Notes: generated by a model not told the origin, from the letters alone. Numbered from the stretch's first letter, positions 1 through 9,873 are shown. The stretch is 64,000 nucleotides of DNA from Flavobacteriales bacterium (GCA_965661345.1 CBFIDK010000001.1:266543-330542), one strand, 5' to 3'. Translations and numbers: made by a program.

Positions 1-1
1 C

Positions 2-805
2 GGATTCGGCAAGTTCAACTTTCATTTGTTGTCCAAGGACATTGATTAAGAATAAATCTTTGATGCCTTTATTGGTATTCACTGTTATAACTTGTCCAAT
101 ATTTGATGGGTTTGGGTAAATAACAACAGAAGATTCTTCATTTTCTTCAATTGAACTAGCTCCACTACTGCAGTCGCAATCATGTGATCCTAATTCAGTC
201 CAGGTATTGATAGATAATGAATCCCATTCAGCAGTTGGATCAAATAAAATTGGTGAAGTACTAACGCCTTTTTTTACAGATGCTTTTCTGACTAGAGTAT
301 GATTTTTTGTCCACCAAGATCCACCGTTAGCATCAGTAAAACCAGCAGTAACATCATCAGTCCAAGCATCACCTGGGTCTTCGCCTATTTTTCCAACTAA
401 GTCGATTAATTCGCCATTTTTAGTAAGACCAATAGCATCATTCCCATTCATGTATAGTGGAGATGGATAAACTGGAGCTAGCTGGTCAGCCATATTATAC
501 AGTTCGATTTCAATGTAACCAAACTCGTTTGAAGATAGGGTGTCACTGTTAGTAATTACCCAGGTAGAATATGGGTTTAATGTCCCAGACAGCGTCATGT
601 CGTCACTCCCGCTATTTGAGCCATTGGCATAGCGCACTATTTTATATGCGCTCAAATCTATAGTAGAAGATGTTGGGTTATAAATTTCTATAGCTTTATT
701 GTTAGAAGATCCTTCTACATATTCTGAAATAAATAAGTCGCTACAATCTTGAGCAATTAGGTTTATCGATAATAGAGAAGTTACAAAGAATACAATTAGT
801 TTCAT
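2..805 (-). CDS. Secreted lamin-tail-domain (LTD) protein with T9SS type A C-terminal sorting domain; 3' end runs off the window
   Basis: Translated by hand (not in ORF track): MKLIVFFVTSLLSINLIAQDCSDLFISEYVEGSSNNKAIEIYNPT... has a signal peptide and the LTD motif FISEYVEGSSNNKAIEIYN; later VVIYPNPSNIGQ...INVLGQ is the start of a T9SS CTD. -7 element at 831-838. Confidence 0.85.
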   Translation of the reverse strand, partial: MKLIVFFVTSLLSINLIAQDCSDLFISEYVEGSSNNKAIEIYNPTSSTIDLSAYKIVRYANGSNSGSDDMTLSGTLNPYSTWVITNSDTLSSNEFGYIEIELYNMADQLAPVYPSPLYMNGNDAIGLTKNGELIDLVGKIGEDPGDAWTDDVTAGFTDANGGSWWTKNHTLVRKASVKKGVSTSPILFDPTAEWDSLSINTWTELGSHDCDCSSGASSIEENEESSVVIYPNPSNIGQVITVNTNKGIKDLFLINVLGQQMKVELAES

Positions 806-830
806 AATGAGTTAGTTAAGTTAAGTGCTT

Positions 831-838
831 CAAATTTA
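831..838 (-). promoter_or_regulatory. Bacteroidota sigma-70 -7 element (TAAATTTG) for the LTD gene
   Basis: CAAATTTA on + strand = TAnnTTTG on - strand, 25 nt upstream of the ATG at 805. Confidence 0.55.
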
Positions 839-953
839 ATGTAATTTTAAATAAAACGATAGTAAAATGCTCTAAAAATTAACAGTTTTCTGTCGATTTT
901 TATACGACTTAGCAATTACAATTTATTTATATTTACAAAATATTCAGTTTAGC

Positions 954-1694
954 ATGTCTGATAGCTTAGTAATTATACCCACTTTCAACGAAAAAGAAAA
1001 TATTGAACGAATTATTCGTAAAGTATTTTCATTTGAAAAAGCCTTTGACATTTTAATTGTTGATGATGGATCACCTGATGGCACTGCTCAAATTGTAAAA
1101 TCTTTGCAAAATGAGTTTAAAGGTTTGAACATTGAAGAACGCACAGGAAAACTTGGATTAGGAACAGCCTACATTCACGGATTTAAGTGGGCTCTTAAGA
1201 AAGACTACAACTTCATTTTTGAAATGGATGCAGATTTTTCACACGATCCAAACGATTTATTAAGACTTTACGAAGCTTGTAACGATAAAAACAACGATTT
1301 AGCCATTGGCTCTAGATATACCAACGGAGTAAATATTGTCAATTGGCCAATGAGTCGATTGTTGATGTCGTTCTTTGCCTCAAAATATGTGAAGTTTATT
1401 ACTGGCTTGCCAGTTAATGATTCAACGGCAGGTTTTATTTGCTATAGACGTTCTGTTTTAGAAACCATTGATCTGGATAAAATCCAATTCGTAGGCTATG
1501 CCTTCCAGATTGAAATGAAGTTTAAGACCTGGAAATCTGGATTTGACATTATGGAAGTTCCGGTAGTTTTCACCGACAGAAAAGAAGGCTATTCAAAAAT
1601 GGATACGTCTATTTTTTTCGAAGCATTCATTGGCGTTATTCAAATGAAAATCAGAAGCTTATTCACCACACTCAAACAAAAACCACATGCCTAG
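954..1694 (+). CDS. Polyprenol monophosphomannose synthase (GT2, Dpm1/Ppm1-like)
   Basis: IIPTFNEKEN, VDDGSPDGT, EMDADFSHDP and GSRY motifs of Dpm1-like GT2. Confidence 0.9.
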   Translation: MSDSLVIIPTFNEKENIERIIRKVFSFEKAFDILIVDDGSPDGTAQIVKSLQNEFKGLNIEERTGKLGLGTAYIHGFKWALKKDYNFIFEMDADFSHDPNDLLRLYEACNDKNNDLAIGSRYTNGVNIVNWPMSRLLMSFFASKYVKFITGLPVNDSTAGFICYRRSVLETIDLDKIQFVGYAFQIEMKFKTWKSGFDIMEVPVVFTDRKEGYSKMDTSIFFEAFIGVIQMKIRSLFTTLKQKPHA

Positions 1695-3021
1695 CACACT
1701 TATTCGAAATGCTCAGATAGTAAATGAGGGTCAAATTTTTCGTTCAGATGTGTTAATAAAAGATGGTCTTATTGCTCAAATTGGTGAGTCCATTGACTAT
1801 GTTGCCGATACCATTATTGATGCAAATGGCAAACACCTTATCCCCGGTGTGATTGATGATCAAGTTCACTTTAGAGAGCCTGGACTAACCCATAAAGCAG
1901 AAATTTATACAGAATCAAAGGCTGCTGTGGCAGGAGGTATAACTTCTTTTATGGAAATGCCCAATACAAATCCGCAAACCTTAACTCAAGAATTATTACA
2001 AGAAAAATACGACAGGGCTAGTCAGGTGTCATTAGCAAACTATTCCTTTTTCATGGGAGCGTCCAATGATAATTTAGAAGAAGTTTTAAAAACCAATCCA
2101 AGGAATGTTGGTGCATTAAAAATATTTATGGGCTCTTCAACTGGAAATATGTTGGTTGATAATAGAGAGGTTTTAGAGAAAATATTTAAAGAATCTAAAA
2201 TGCTTATTGCTGTGCATTGTGAAGACGAAGAAACTGTTCAAGCAAATGCAGAATTAGCTAGGCAAAAATTTGGTGAAGATGTGCCCATTGATCAACACCC
2301 CATTATTAGAAGTGAAGAGGCTTGTTACAAATCATCTTCCATGGCTATTGAATTAGCTAAAAAACACAATAGCCGTTTACACGTTTTTCACCTTTCTACA
2401 GCTAAGGAAATAGAGTTATTTAGAAATGATATTCCATTAGCAGAAAAGCGCATTACAGCTGAAGTGTGTATTCATCATTTATGGTTTGATGATTCTCAGT
2501 ATGCTGAAAAAGGGACACACATAAAATGGAATCCTGCTGTGAAAAGTAAAGAGGATAAAGAGCAACTTTTTCAAGCGCTTTTAGATGATAAATTAGATAT
2601 TATTGCAACGGATCATGCTCCTCATACTCTAGAAGAAAAAGATAATACTTATTTTAAGGCTCCGTCTGGCGGTCCATTGGTTCAGCACGCATTACCTGCC
2701 ATGTTAGAGTTTTACCACAACGGAAAAATTAGTTTAGAAAAAGTTGTGGAAAAAATGTGTCATGCACCTGCAATTTGTTTTCAATTAGAAGGAAGAGGCT
2801 TCATAAAAAAAGGCTTTGCCGCAGATTTAGTATTAGTAGATTTGAATAGTTCATGGCAAGTATCTAAAGAAAATATTCTATATAAATGTGGATGGTCTCC
2901 TTTTGAAGGCACTCGATTTAATTCAAAAGTTACACACACTTGGGTAAACGGGCATCTTGCTTATCTAAATGGACATTTTGATGAATCCCAAAAAGGACAA
3001 AGATTATTATTTGATAGATAA
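1687..3021 (+). CDS. pyrC: Dihydroorotase (Bacteroidota type)
   Basis: PGVIDDQVHFREPG, KWNPAVK, IATDHAPH amidohydrolase motifs; overlaps upstream gene. Confidence 0.9.
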   Translation: MPSTLIRNAQIVNEGQIFRSDVLIKDGLIAQIGESIDYVADTIIDANGKHLIPGVIDDQVHFREPGLTHKAEIYTESKAAVAGGITSFMEMPNTNPQTLTQELLQEKYDRASQVSLANYSFFMGASNDNLEEVLKTNPRNVGALKIFMGSSTGNMLVDNREVLEKIFKESKMLIAVHCEDEETVQANAELARQKFGEDVPIDQHPIIRSEEACYKSSSMAIELAKKHNSRLHVFHLSTAKEIELFRNDIPLAEKRITAEVCIHHLWFDDSQYAEKGTHIKWNPAVKSKEDKEQLFQALLDDKLDIIATDHAPHTLEEKDNTYFKAPSGGPLVQHALPAMLEFYHNGKISLEKVVEKMCHAPAICFQLEGRGFIKKGFAADLVLVDLNSSWQVSKENILYKCGWSPFEGTRFNSKVTHTWVNGHLAYLNGHFDESQKGQRLLFDR

Positions 3022-3022
3022 T

Positions 3023-3050
3023 AAAAAAAGGGGCAAAAGCCCCTTTTTTT
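3023..3050. terminator. Bidirectional intrinsic terminator between convergent pyrC and small lipoprotein gene
   Basis: AAAAAAAGGGGC-AAAA-GCCCCTTTTTTT: GC stem flanked by A7/T7. Confidence 0.9.
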
Positions 3051-3069
3051 AAAAGTGTCATTTAAGGAA

Positions 3070-3276
3070 TTACTCAGCAACTTCTTCAGTCGCAGTAGAA
3101 TCCATCATTTCAGCTTCTTCAGCTTCAACTAATACAGTATCAGCAGTAGTTTCTTCAGCTGGTGCAACTGCACAACATTCTTTAGCGCAGTCAGCCGCAC
3201 AACCTTTTTCTGCAGGTGCTCCACAAGCCACTAAGCCCATTACAGCAATTGCAAGAACATACATCAAATTTTTCAT
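3070..3276 (-). CDS. Small (68 aa) Cys-cluster, acidic lipoprotein of unknown function
   Basis: MKNLMYVLAIAVMGLVAC lipobox, then CAADCAKECC and a Glu/Ala/Thr tail; own -7 element (3308-3315) and terminator. Start moved from 3303 to the second ATG. Confidence 0.8.
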   Translation of the reverse strand: MKNLMYVLAIAVMGLVACGAPAEKGCAADCAKECCAVAPAEETTADTVLVEAEEAEMMDSTATEEVAE

Positions 3277-3307
3277 TGCATTTTTTTTTAATTGTTTAAA
3301 CAAGTGA

Positions 3308-3315
3308 CAAATATA
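3308..3315 (-). promoter_or_regulatory. -7 element (TATATTTG) for small lipoprotein gene
   Basis: CAAATATA on + strand. Confidence 0.55.
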
Positions 3316-3343
3316 AGGTTATAAATGAATTAATTAAGTTGTT

Positions 3344-3351
3344 TAACTTTG
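3344..3351 (+). promoter_or_regulatory. -7 element (TAACTTTG) 4 nt before the DUF4296-like ATG
   Basis: Exact TAnnTTTG match. Confidence 0.55.
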
Positions 3352-3355
3352 AAAA

Positions 3356-3694
3356 ATGAAATATTTATTAATACCCATAGTATTATTTTTTAGTTTTTGT
3401 ACTGAAAAGGTTCAAAAAACAGAAGTAGTTATCTCTGTTGAAGACATGAAAGAGATTTTAAAAGAAAGACAATTGCTTATCTCTACTTTCAACACTTATC
3501 AGTATGAAGGCGCAGTTTCTGAAGATTTAATCGACTCAATGTTGTCTTCAACATACATAAATCTTGGCTTTAGCGAAGAAGATTTTCAGTCCAGTTGGGA
3601 ATATTACCTTAAAGATGGCAATAAGGAGCTTCATGAAATTTACGGTTATATTATACAGGATATAGAGCTGATGAAAGAAAAATCTAGAGAGTAG
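3356..3694 (+). CDS. DUF4296-like lipoprotein
   Basis: Short signal peptide ending FSFC; EEDFQSSWEYY resembles the DUF4296 F..S..YY motif; pyrC/epimerase/tyrS neighbourhood familiar from Flavobacteriales. Confidence 0.65.
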   Translation: MKYLLIPIVLFFSFCTEKVQKTEVVISVEDMKEILKERQLLISTFNTYQYEGAVSEDLIDSMLSSTYINLGFSEEDFQSSWEYYLKDGNKELHEIYGYIIQDIELMKEKSRE

Positions 3695-4694
3695 TTTTTT
3701 CTGACATAAACCATTTACTATACTTTTTAATACTTTCTCTAATTGGAGTAAATTCGTAAGAGAGCGCTTCACTAATCTTAGCGTTAGCATAACTGCTATT
3801 AATCATTGATTTGTTAGCCGTTTCTTTTGTAATGAGTGGAGATTTTCCAGTAAAAAGAGATTTAACCCATTCTAAGCGCCAAGCCAATTCTTTTACAAAT
3901 GGAGTAACTTTAATGTGTGGTTTAGGACGGTTTAAATCTTCAGCAATCCATTCAAAAACTTGACTGTAAAGCAGGTTTTCTGAATTTAGAATAAAGCGTT
4001 CGTTTACAATATCGCTATCGGTAAGTTTCACCAAAATATCGGCTACATCAACAACATCAACATAGCCAGTACTACCCGTAGTAAAATACTTTAGTCCGTC
4101 CCATACTGTTTCGAAAAGCTGAGAGCTTCCTTTTGACCAGTCGCCAGGGCCTAGTATTACGGATGGATTTACAATAACGGCGTCTAAGCCCTCTTGTGTG
4201 CCACGCCAAACTTCCTGTTCTGAAAGGTATTTGCTCACAGAGTATGCCGTATTGTGTGGGTTATCTTTCCAGAAATGGTCTTCCGTTTTTTCAATTGTTG
4301 AATCTGAATTGCCAAGGGCAGCGATTGAGCTTACATAGGCAAGTTTAGAGACATTTGATTTTAGACAAGTGTTGACAATATTAGCTGTTCCTTCAACATT
4401 GAATTTCATCATTTTCTCGACATCCTTTGCATCAAAGGATACTAGAGCGGCACAATGAATGACTTTTTCACAGCCATCTATGGCACTTTCTAAAGAAAGA
4501 ATATCCAATACATCACCATCTACCCATTCAATTTGCTTAAACAAATCACCTTGATTGTAGTAGTTGAAAATTTTATTAACGATTTCAAAAGAGCTTGTTT
4601 TACGTTTTAAAGCACGCACTTTCTTGCCCTCTTGAGTTAATTTTAGGAGTATATGAGCTCCTACTAATCCTGTTCCGCCTGTTATAAATAGCAT
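3684..4694 (-). CDS. NAD-dependent epimerase/dehydratase (extended SDR)
   Basis: ITGGTGLVG Rossmann motif, YSVSK catalytic YxxxK. ATG 4694 preferred because a -7 element (TACCTTTG, 4701-4708) lies just upstream. Confidence 0.9.
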   Translation of the reverse strand: MLFITGGTGLVGAHILLKLTQEGKKVRALKRKTSSFEIVNKIFNYYNQGDLFKQIEWVDGDVLDILSLESAIDGCEKVIHCAALVSFDAKDVEKMMKFNVEGTANIVNTCLKSNVSKLAYVSSIAALGNSDSTIEKTEDHFWKDNPHNTAYSVSKYLSEQEVWRGTQEGLDAVIVNPSVILGPGDWSKGSSQLFETVWDGLKYFTTGSTGYVDVVDVADILVKLTDSDIVNERFILNSENLLYSQVFEWIAEDLNRPKPHIKVTPFVKELAWRLEWVKSLFTGKSPLITKETANKSMINSSYANAKISEALSYEFTPIRESIKKYSKWFMSEKTTL

Positions 4695-4740
4695 TGCGAA
4701 CAAAGGTAGAGAAAAAATAGCCCTAAAATTTCACATTATT

Positions 4741-4748
4741 TATATTTG
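4741..4748 (+). promoter_or_regulatory. -7 element (TATATTTG) for tyrS
   Basis: Exact TAnnTTTG match 19 nt upstream of the ATG. Confidence 0.55.
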
Positions 4749-4767
4749 CTCAAATAAATATACACTC

Positions 4768-6036
4768 ATGAACTTTGTAGAGGAATTAAAATGGAGAGGA
4801 ATGATACACGATATCATGCCTGGAACTGAGGAGCAATTACAGAAAGAAATCACTACTGCATACATAGGTTTCGACCCGACTGCTGACTCTTTACACATAG
4901 GTTCATTAGTGCAGATTATGATTTTGGTACACCTTCAACGTTGTGGACATAAGCCAATCGCCTTAATGGGCGGAGCAACCGGAATGGTTGGTGATCCTTC
5001 AGGAAAATCGAAAGAAAGAAATATGCTTTCTGAGGATGTCCTTCAGCACAATTTGAACTGCGTCCAAAAGCAGATGGAGCGTTTTTTAGATTTCGATTGT
5101 GGGGATACTTCAGCAGAAATTGTCAATAATTACGATTGGTTCAAAGACTTTAGCTTTTTGGACTTTATTCGTGAGGCTGGCAAACACATTTCTATTAACT
5201 ATATGTTAGCCAAAGATTCTGTAAAGTCGAGGTTAGAAACGGGAATGAGCTTCACAGAGTTTAGTTATCAATTGGTTCAAGGCTACGATTTTTATTGGCT
5301 GTACAAGAACAAAAATTGCAAAATTCAATTAGGAGGTTCTGACCAATGGGGTAATATAACCACTGGAACAGAATTCATAAGAAGAAAAGATGGAGGAGAG
5401 GCTTTTGCAGTCACTACTCCTTTGATAAAAAAGGCAGATGGTGGTAAATTTGGTAAAACTGAAGAGGGCAATGTTTGGTTAGACAAACGCTTAACTTCTC
5501 CATATAAGTTTTATCAATTTTGGTTAAACTCATCGGATGAAGATGTTAAAAAGTACATTCGTATTTTTACCTTACTCACAAAAGATGAAATTGAGAGTTT
5601 AGAAGCTCAGCATGATGAAGCGCCACACACGAGGCTTTTGCAAAAGACCTTAGCGGAAGATATTACCGTTCGCGTGCATTCAAAAGAAGATTTAGAAGCT
5701 GCTATAAAAGCTTCGAATATTTTATTTGGAAAATCTACTTCAGAAGATTTGCTGTCAATTGATGAGGAAACATTTCTATCGATTTTTGAAGGAGTGCCAC
5801 AGTTTACAGTCAGTAAATCCGACCTAAATGCTGATATATTTGATTTTTTAGCAGAAAAAACACAAGCATTTTCTTCAAAGGGTGAGGCAAGACGTATGAT
5901 TCAGAGTAATGCTGTTAGCATCAACAAAGAAAAAATAGATGTCAATAAAACCTTATCGACTGACGACCTAATTTCAGACAAGTATTTATTAATTCAAAAA
6001 GGGAAGAAAAATTATTTCCTCGTAATTGTAAATTAA
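4768..6036 (+). CDS. tyrS: Tyrosine--tRNA ligase
   Basis: [14 protein letters not shown] (HIGH), [16 protein letters not shown] (KMSKS equivalent), C-terminal S4-like domain. Confidence 0.97.
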   Translation: MNFVEELKWRGMIHDIMPGTEEQLQKEITTAYIGFDPTADSLHIGSLVQIMILVHLQRCGHKPIALMGGATGMVGDPSGKSKERNMLSEDVLQHNLNCVQKQMERFLDFDCGDTSAEIVNNYDWFKDFSFLDFIREAGKHISINYMLAKDSVKSRLETGMSFTEFSYQLVQGYDFYWLYKNKNCKIQLGGSDQWGNITTGTEFIRRKDGGEAFAVTTPLIKKADGGKFGKTEEGNVWLDKRLTSPYKFYQFWLNSSDEDVKKYIRIFTLLTKDEIESLEAQHDEAPHTRLLQKTLAEDITVRVHSKEDLEAAIKASNILFGKSTSEDLLSIDEETFLSIFEGVPQFTVSKSDLNADIFDFLAEKTQAFSSKGEARRMIQSNAVSINKEKIDVNKTLSTDDLISDKYLLIQKGKKNYFLVIVN

Positions 6037-6443
6037 GGCAGTGATGAATGGTGAAGATTTATTTTAATCTCACCGTCTTCGATTATGTAACCAAAGCTAT
6101 ATTCTACTTTTGTTTCATCTCCATTAGTGTCAGTAAAGTAATAATGACCAGCAGCAAAAGCTTGTTGATTTTTGAAGTTTATTCCTTCGTTTTCAAAACG
6201 AACCTTAGTCCAAGGTTTAAGAGCAAAGCCGTTATCTTCTGAAATGTGCCCACCTATGAAGTATGAAACAATATCGGTATGATTTGTTCTGAAGGCTTGT
6301 TTTTTTGCCATAGTAGGCTTCATCAAAACTTCGTTTGCGTACATCTTACTTACAAACTCTTTTGCGTCTAGTTCATTGTTTCCAATCTGAACTACTCCCT
6401 TTCCCCATTCATTTTGGGCTTGTAAAATATCTTCTTTTAACAT
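6033..6443 (-). CDS. COG4337-type NTF2/SnoaL-fold protein, probable iota-class (metal-free) carbonic anhydrase
   Basis: VLMKPT, SYFIGG...EDNGFAL..W..VRFEN, G.YYFT...G...KVEYSFGY and C-terminal LHHSSLP match the COG4337 pattern as I recall it; no signal peptide. Confidence 0.75.
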   Translation of the reverse strand: MLKEDILQAQNEWGKGVVQIGNNELDAKEFVSKMYANEVLMKPTMAKKQAFRTNHTDIVSYFIGGHISEDNGFALKPWTKVRFENEGINFKNQQAFAAGHYYFTDTNGDETKVEYSFGYIIEDGEIKINLHHSSLP

Positions 6444-6466
6444 GGCCGCAATTTATGAAACCATTT

Positions 6467-8338
6467 TTATTTTTCTAGAAATATTTTACCTATAATCCGA
6501 CTAAATTTTTGCCTATGGAATTTATAATATATTGAATAGGTAAACACTCCGTCTTGCACTGTATTATTTTTATAGTTTCCATCCCAACTATTATTAATGT
6601 CGTCTGTGTAGAATATCTGTTGCCCCCATCTATTATAAATTGTGAGTTCATATTTATATAATATACAATGATGACTTTTAGTAACTTCAAAAGAGTCATT
6701 TACGTTATCTCCATTAGGCGTAAAGGCAGAAGGAATAAACAAATGACAACCACAAAACTGAGTTACAGTAATAGTGTCAAATAAACTTTCACATTCATTG
6801 AATACGGTTACCCACACTGTTGAGGTATCTTCTACCGAAAAATAACTTTTATCAGAGTCATCATGCCATAAGTATTGAGCCTGATTATTGTTTGTAACAT
6901 CTATGATTATCGGAAACTCACAAGTTTCAATATCTGGACCAAAATTAAGATGAAGTGGGTCAAGAATTTCAACATTAATGGTGTCTGAAACGCTTTCACA
7001 TTCGTTACTTACTGTTAGCCAATATGAGCCTGGGAAATTGGCAGTATAGTTATAGCTGCTGCTGTTATCTTGCCATTCATATTGGCCTTCATTTAATTGT
7101 GGATTTAAAAACACATTTTCATGTGGGCACAGAGTAGTGTCGTTACCCAATTCGAATTCGATTCTAGGGATTTTACCCACTGTAATCTGATCTGCTATTT
7201 TTTGACATATATTATTTACGGATATTGTGTATTGCCCTTCTTCCGAAACAAATATTGAGCTTGTAGTATCTCCTGTACTCCAATTATATTGCACCTCGCC
7301 TGGATAATTATGATTTGCTGTAAGCTCAATAGTGTCATCATGGCAAATTAATGTATCGTTTACAGTAGAAACTTCTAATGGATTGTAATAGTTTAGATGA
7401 AAGGTATCGGTATGATAAATGCTTTCGTAATATCCTCTATACCAATATGTGCCAGGCTGAGTAGCAACAAAAATAGAATCAGTCGTGCCATCTTGCCATA
7501 AATGTTCGCTTGAATGTGGGTTAGCATTAAACACAATAGAATCGTTTTGACATATTGTAGTATCAATTCGTTTATTTTCAAAAACAGAAACATCATCGAC
7601 ATAATAATACAAAGAGCTAAATTGATTTACAGCAAGAAATGTATCAATTACGGATAAATCTAAGTTGCCAATGGTCAAAAACTTCTCGCCTCCCTCAGCA
7701 ATATAAGTTCCTTTAAATTCAACCCATTCGTCACTACTAATTATAGAGTCAGTAGGCGCTATGTCAGGAGCAATCGGAAATGTTCCAAAATTATAATCAC
7801 TCTCTTCAGATATTAGTGCTCCAATACTGTTATTTTGAAAAATATTATTTTCAGCAGAACTGATATAGAATGAAACTTCATACGATTTCCCTTCTTCTAA
7901 AGTAGCGGTTAGCTCAGCTTGTATATACTCATGATATGGGGCACTTGAAATATTGCCACTGGCGTCTATAGCATATGGTGTTTCTGATCTGATTCCAATG
8001 TGTCTTAATCCTGTTCTCGGATTTTGAGTTCCTGCGTAATTGTTTGGTGAAGAGACATAAAATTCATCAACATTAAAAATAGTGGCCGCATTAGAAAATG
8101 TAGGGATATTCACAAAAAATGCTTCGCTTCCTTCAAAAAATAAGTCTGGAGTGTTGAACATATTCCATTCTGTACGCCAGTCATAAAGAGATTCGAACGT
8201 ATGGTTAAAAAATGGGTAAACAGTAGGCACATAGGTTGAATCATAGTCTTCAAAACTATAGTTGGGTACTAAATTTTGAGAATTTGCTGCAAAGCTGAAT
8301 AACACATATAAGGGGATAGCAAGAATTAGTTTTTTCAT
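6467..8338 (-). CDS. T9SS type B (gliding-motility-associated CTD) surface protein with four Ig-like repeats
   Basis: Signal peptide; N-terminal NLVPNYSFE domain; four D(T/I)xxC...(Y/H)xW..G repeats; C-terminal FIPSAFTPNGDNVND...IYNRWGQQIF...WDG motif. Confidence 0.88.
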   Translation of the reverse strand: MKKLILAIPLYVLFSFAANSQNLVPNYSFEDYDSTYVPTVYPFFNHTFESLYDWRTEWNMFNTPDLFFEGSEAFFVNIPTFSNAATIFNVDEFYVSSPNNYAGTQNPRTGLRHIGIRSETPYAIDASGNISSAPYHEYIQAELTATLEEGKSYEVSFYISSAENNIFQNNSIGALISEESDYNFGTFPIAPDIAPTDSIISSDEWVEFKGTYIAEGGEKFLTIGNLDLSVIDTFLAVNQFSSLYYYVDDVSVFENKRIDTTICQNDSIVFNANPHSSEHLWQDGTTDSIFVATQPGTYWYRGYYESIYHTDTFHLNYYNPLEVSTVNDTLICHDDTIELTANHNYPGEVQYNWSTGDTTSSIFVSEEGQYTISVNNICQKIADQITVGKIPRIEFELGNDTTLCPHENVFLNPQLNEGQYEWQDNSSSYNYTANFPGSYWLTVSNECESVSDTINVEILDPLHLNFGPDIETCEFPIIIDVTNNNQAQYLWHDDSDKSYFSVEDTSTVWVTVFNECESLFDTITVTQFCGCHLFIPSAFTPNGDNVNDSFEVTKSHHCILYKYELTIYNRWGQQIFYTDDINNSWDGNYKNNTVQDGVFTYSIYYKFHRQKFSRIIGKIFLEK

Positions 8339-8402
8339 ATGGCAAAATATGTTGACTTTTTATTCGGTTGGCAAAAAAGTCATGATAATGAATTGTACGA
8401 AG

Positions 8403-8903
8403 TTATAATATTTTTTCGAAACAGTAGTAGATGTCTTTATTTGGCTTTAGATTGATATGACCTAGTTGTTTATAGCCAAGTCGTTTATAAAAAGTAATTG
8501 CTTTTGGATTGTTAATGTAAGTGTCTAAACGCATAGAAATATGTCCATTTTTTTTAGCTAAGGCTTCAGCAAATGCCATCATTTTTTTTCCTACTCCTTG
8601 ACTCCACACCTTGGTTTTAGCACAAAGGCGGTGAACGACCATGAAATTATTGGTCTTATCTTCCCAATCTATAGACAAATAAGTAGGGTCTTGCTTGGTG
8701 TCAATCTTTATGCCTGAAATTATTTCACCATCTAATATCCCGACATAATAGTCGCCAATTTCAAGATCGTTTTTTATGACTTCTCTATTGGGATAGCTTT
8801 CATCCCATTGGTCAATTCCTAATTCTATCATGCCTTTAACGCAGGAACGATAGACGTCCATTATTTGATCAAGTTCGTTAGCTTGTGCTTTTCGTATATC
8901 CAT
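8403..8903 (-). CDS. GNAT family N-acetyltransferase
   Basis: VHRLCAK..VWSQGVGKKMM motif A, NPKAITFYKRLGY motif B; start overlaps upstream stop (TAATG). Confidence 0.85.
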   Translation of the reverse strand: MDIRKAQANELDQIMDVYRSCVKGMIELGIDQWDESYPNREVIKNDLEIGDYYVGILDGEIISGIKIDTKQDPTYLSIDWEDKTNNFMVVHRLCAKTKVWSQGVGKKMMAFAEALAKKNGHISMRLDTYINNPKAITFYKRLGYKQLGHINLKPNKDIYYCFEKIL

Positions 8904-9862
8904 TATTCAACAAGCAAGTTACACCCTCTGATATCTGAGAGTTCGAGGCGGCCTTTTAGTTCGAAAGAATAATCATCAATTGTTTTTCCTAAATCTTGAG
9001 TAGCAATAAATGAACAGGAGTTAATATTTGCTAAATCAATAACATTGATACCGCCAGTTTGTTGATGCCCTAACAACGTTAGTGGGTCCTGAGCATCACG
9101 AACAAATACTTTCATCCAATGGGGTGTTTCGAAAACCCCGTTTTTCTTAGAATAGGCTTGGGACAGTAATTCAGTCATGCCATATTCAGAATGAATATTC
9201 TCAAGATGAAAGGCTTTTTTCAGTACATCGTGAAGTTCTGATTTTACCATTTCTTTTCGTTTTCCTTTCATCCCACCAGTTTCCATGACGATGGTGTTTT
9301 CTAGCTTTGTTGGATATTGTTCAGCAAGGTCAAGCAGCGCATAGCTGACCCCTATAAGAAGAGTTTTCTTTTCATCTTTTTTCTGAAGTATTGAGGCCAA
9401 TTCATCAATATTATTGAGGTAGAAACCACTATCAGTATGTTTACTTTCTTCAATCAAATGCTTGCACATGAATACTAATGATGAGCCATCTCTCTCAAGG
9501 TAAGAAGGTAAAAGAGCGAGAATGCGATAGTCTTTTATATTTCCATAAAAATGGTTGAATCCTCTTCTAAAACTTTCAATGTAAACATTGATGTCAGTAA
9601 TGCAATGTTGACTTAGGTCTTGGCCTGTAGTTCCGCTGCTTGTAAAAATTTTCTGTACGGTATTTTTATTTGATATTATTTGGTGGCTTTTGAAAAATTC
9701 TATGGGCAAAAAAGGAATTTCAGTAATGGATTTTATAGCCGAAACATCGGTATTAAGTAACTTTAAATACTTTGTGTAAGGTTGGCAATTTTTAGCTTGC
9801 AATTGAAAGGCCTTTAGGGCTTTTTCCTCAAAAGTTGTTTGTTTTTCGAATACCCAATGCAT
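8903..9862 (-). CDS. LuxE/PaaK-like acyl-protein synthetase (adenylate-forming) family protein
   Basis: FTSSGTTG P-loop, METGGMKG, SEYGMTEL, TQDLG, GR...RGC motifs. Confidence 0.82.
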   Translation of the reverse strand: MHWVFEKQTTFEEKALKAFQLQAKNCQPYTKYLKLLNTDVSAIKSITEIPFLPIEFFKSHQIISNKNTVQKIFTSSGTTGQDLSQHCITDINVYIESFRRGFNHFYGNIKDYRILALLPSYLERDGSSLVFMCKHLIEESKHTDSGFYLNNIDELASILQKKDEKKTLLIGVSYALLDLAEQYPTKLENTIVMETGGMKGKRKEMVKSELHDVLKKAFHLENIHSEYGMTELLSQAYSKKNGVFETPHWMKVFVRDAQDPLTLLGHQQTGGINVIDLANINSCSFIATQDLGKTIDDYSFELKGRLELSDIRGCNLLVE

Positions 9863-9873
9863 ACAGCGAAAAT

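Noticed and set aside
4704-4767. T-box riboswitch upstream of tyrS
   Set aside because: Leader is far too short and lacks the T-box motif.
8353-8382. Inverted repeat TGACTTTTT-N12-AAAAAGTCA between the GNAT and T9SS genes
   Set aside because: AT-rich stem, long loop, no U-tract; cannot tell terminator from operator from chance.
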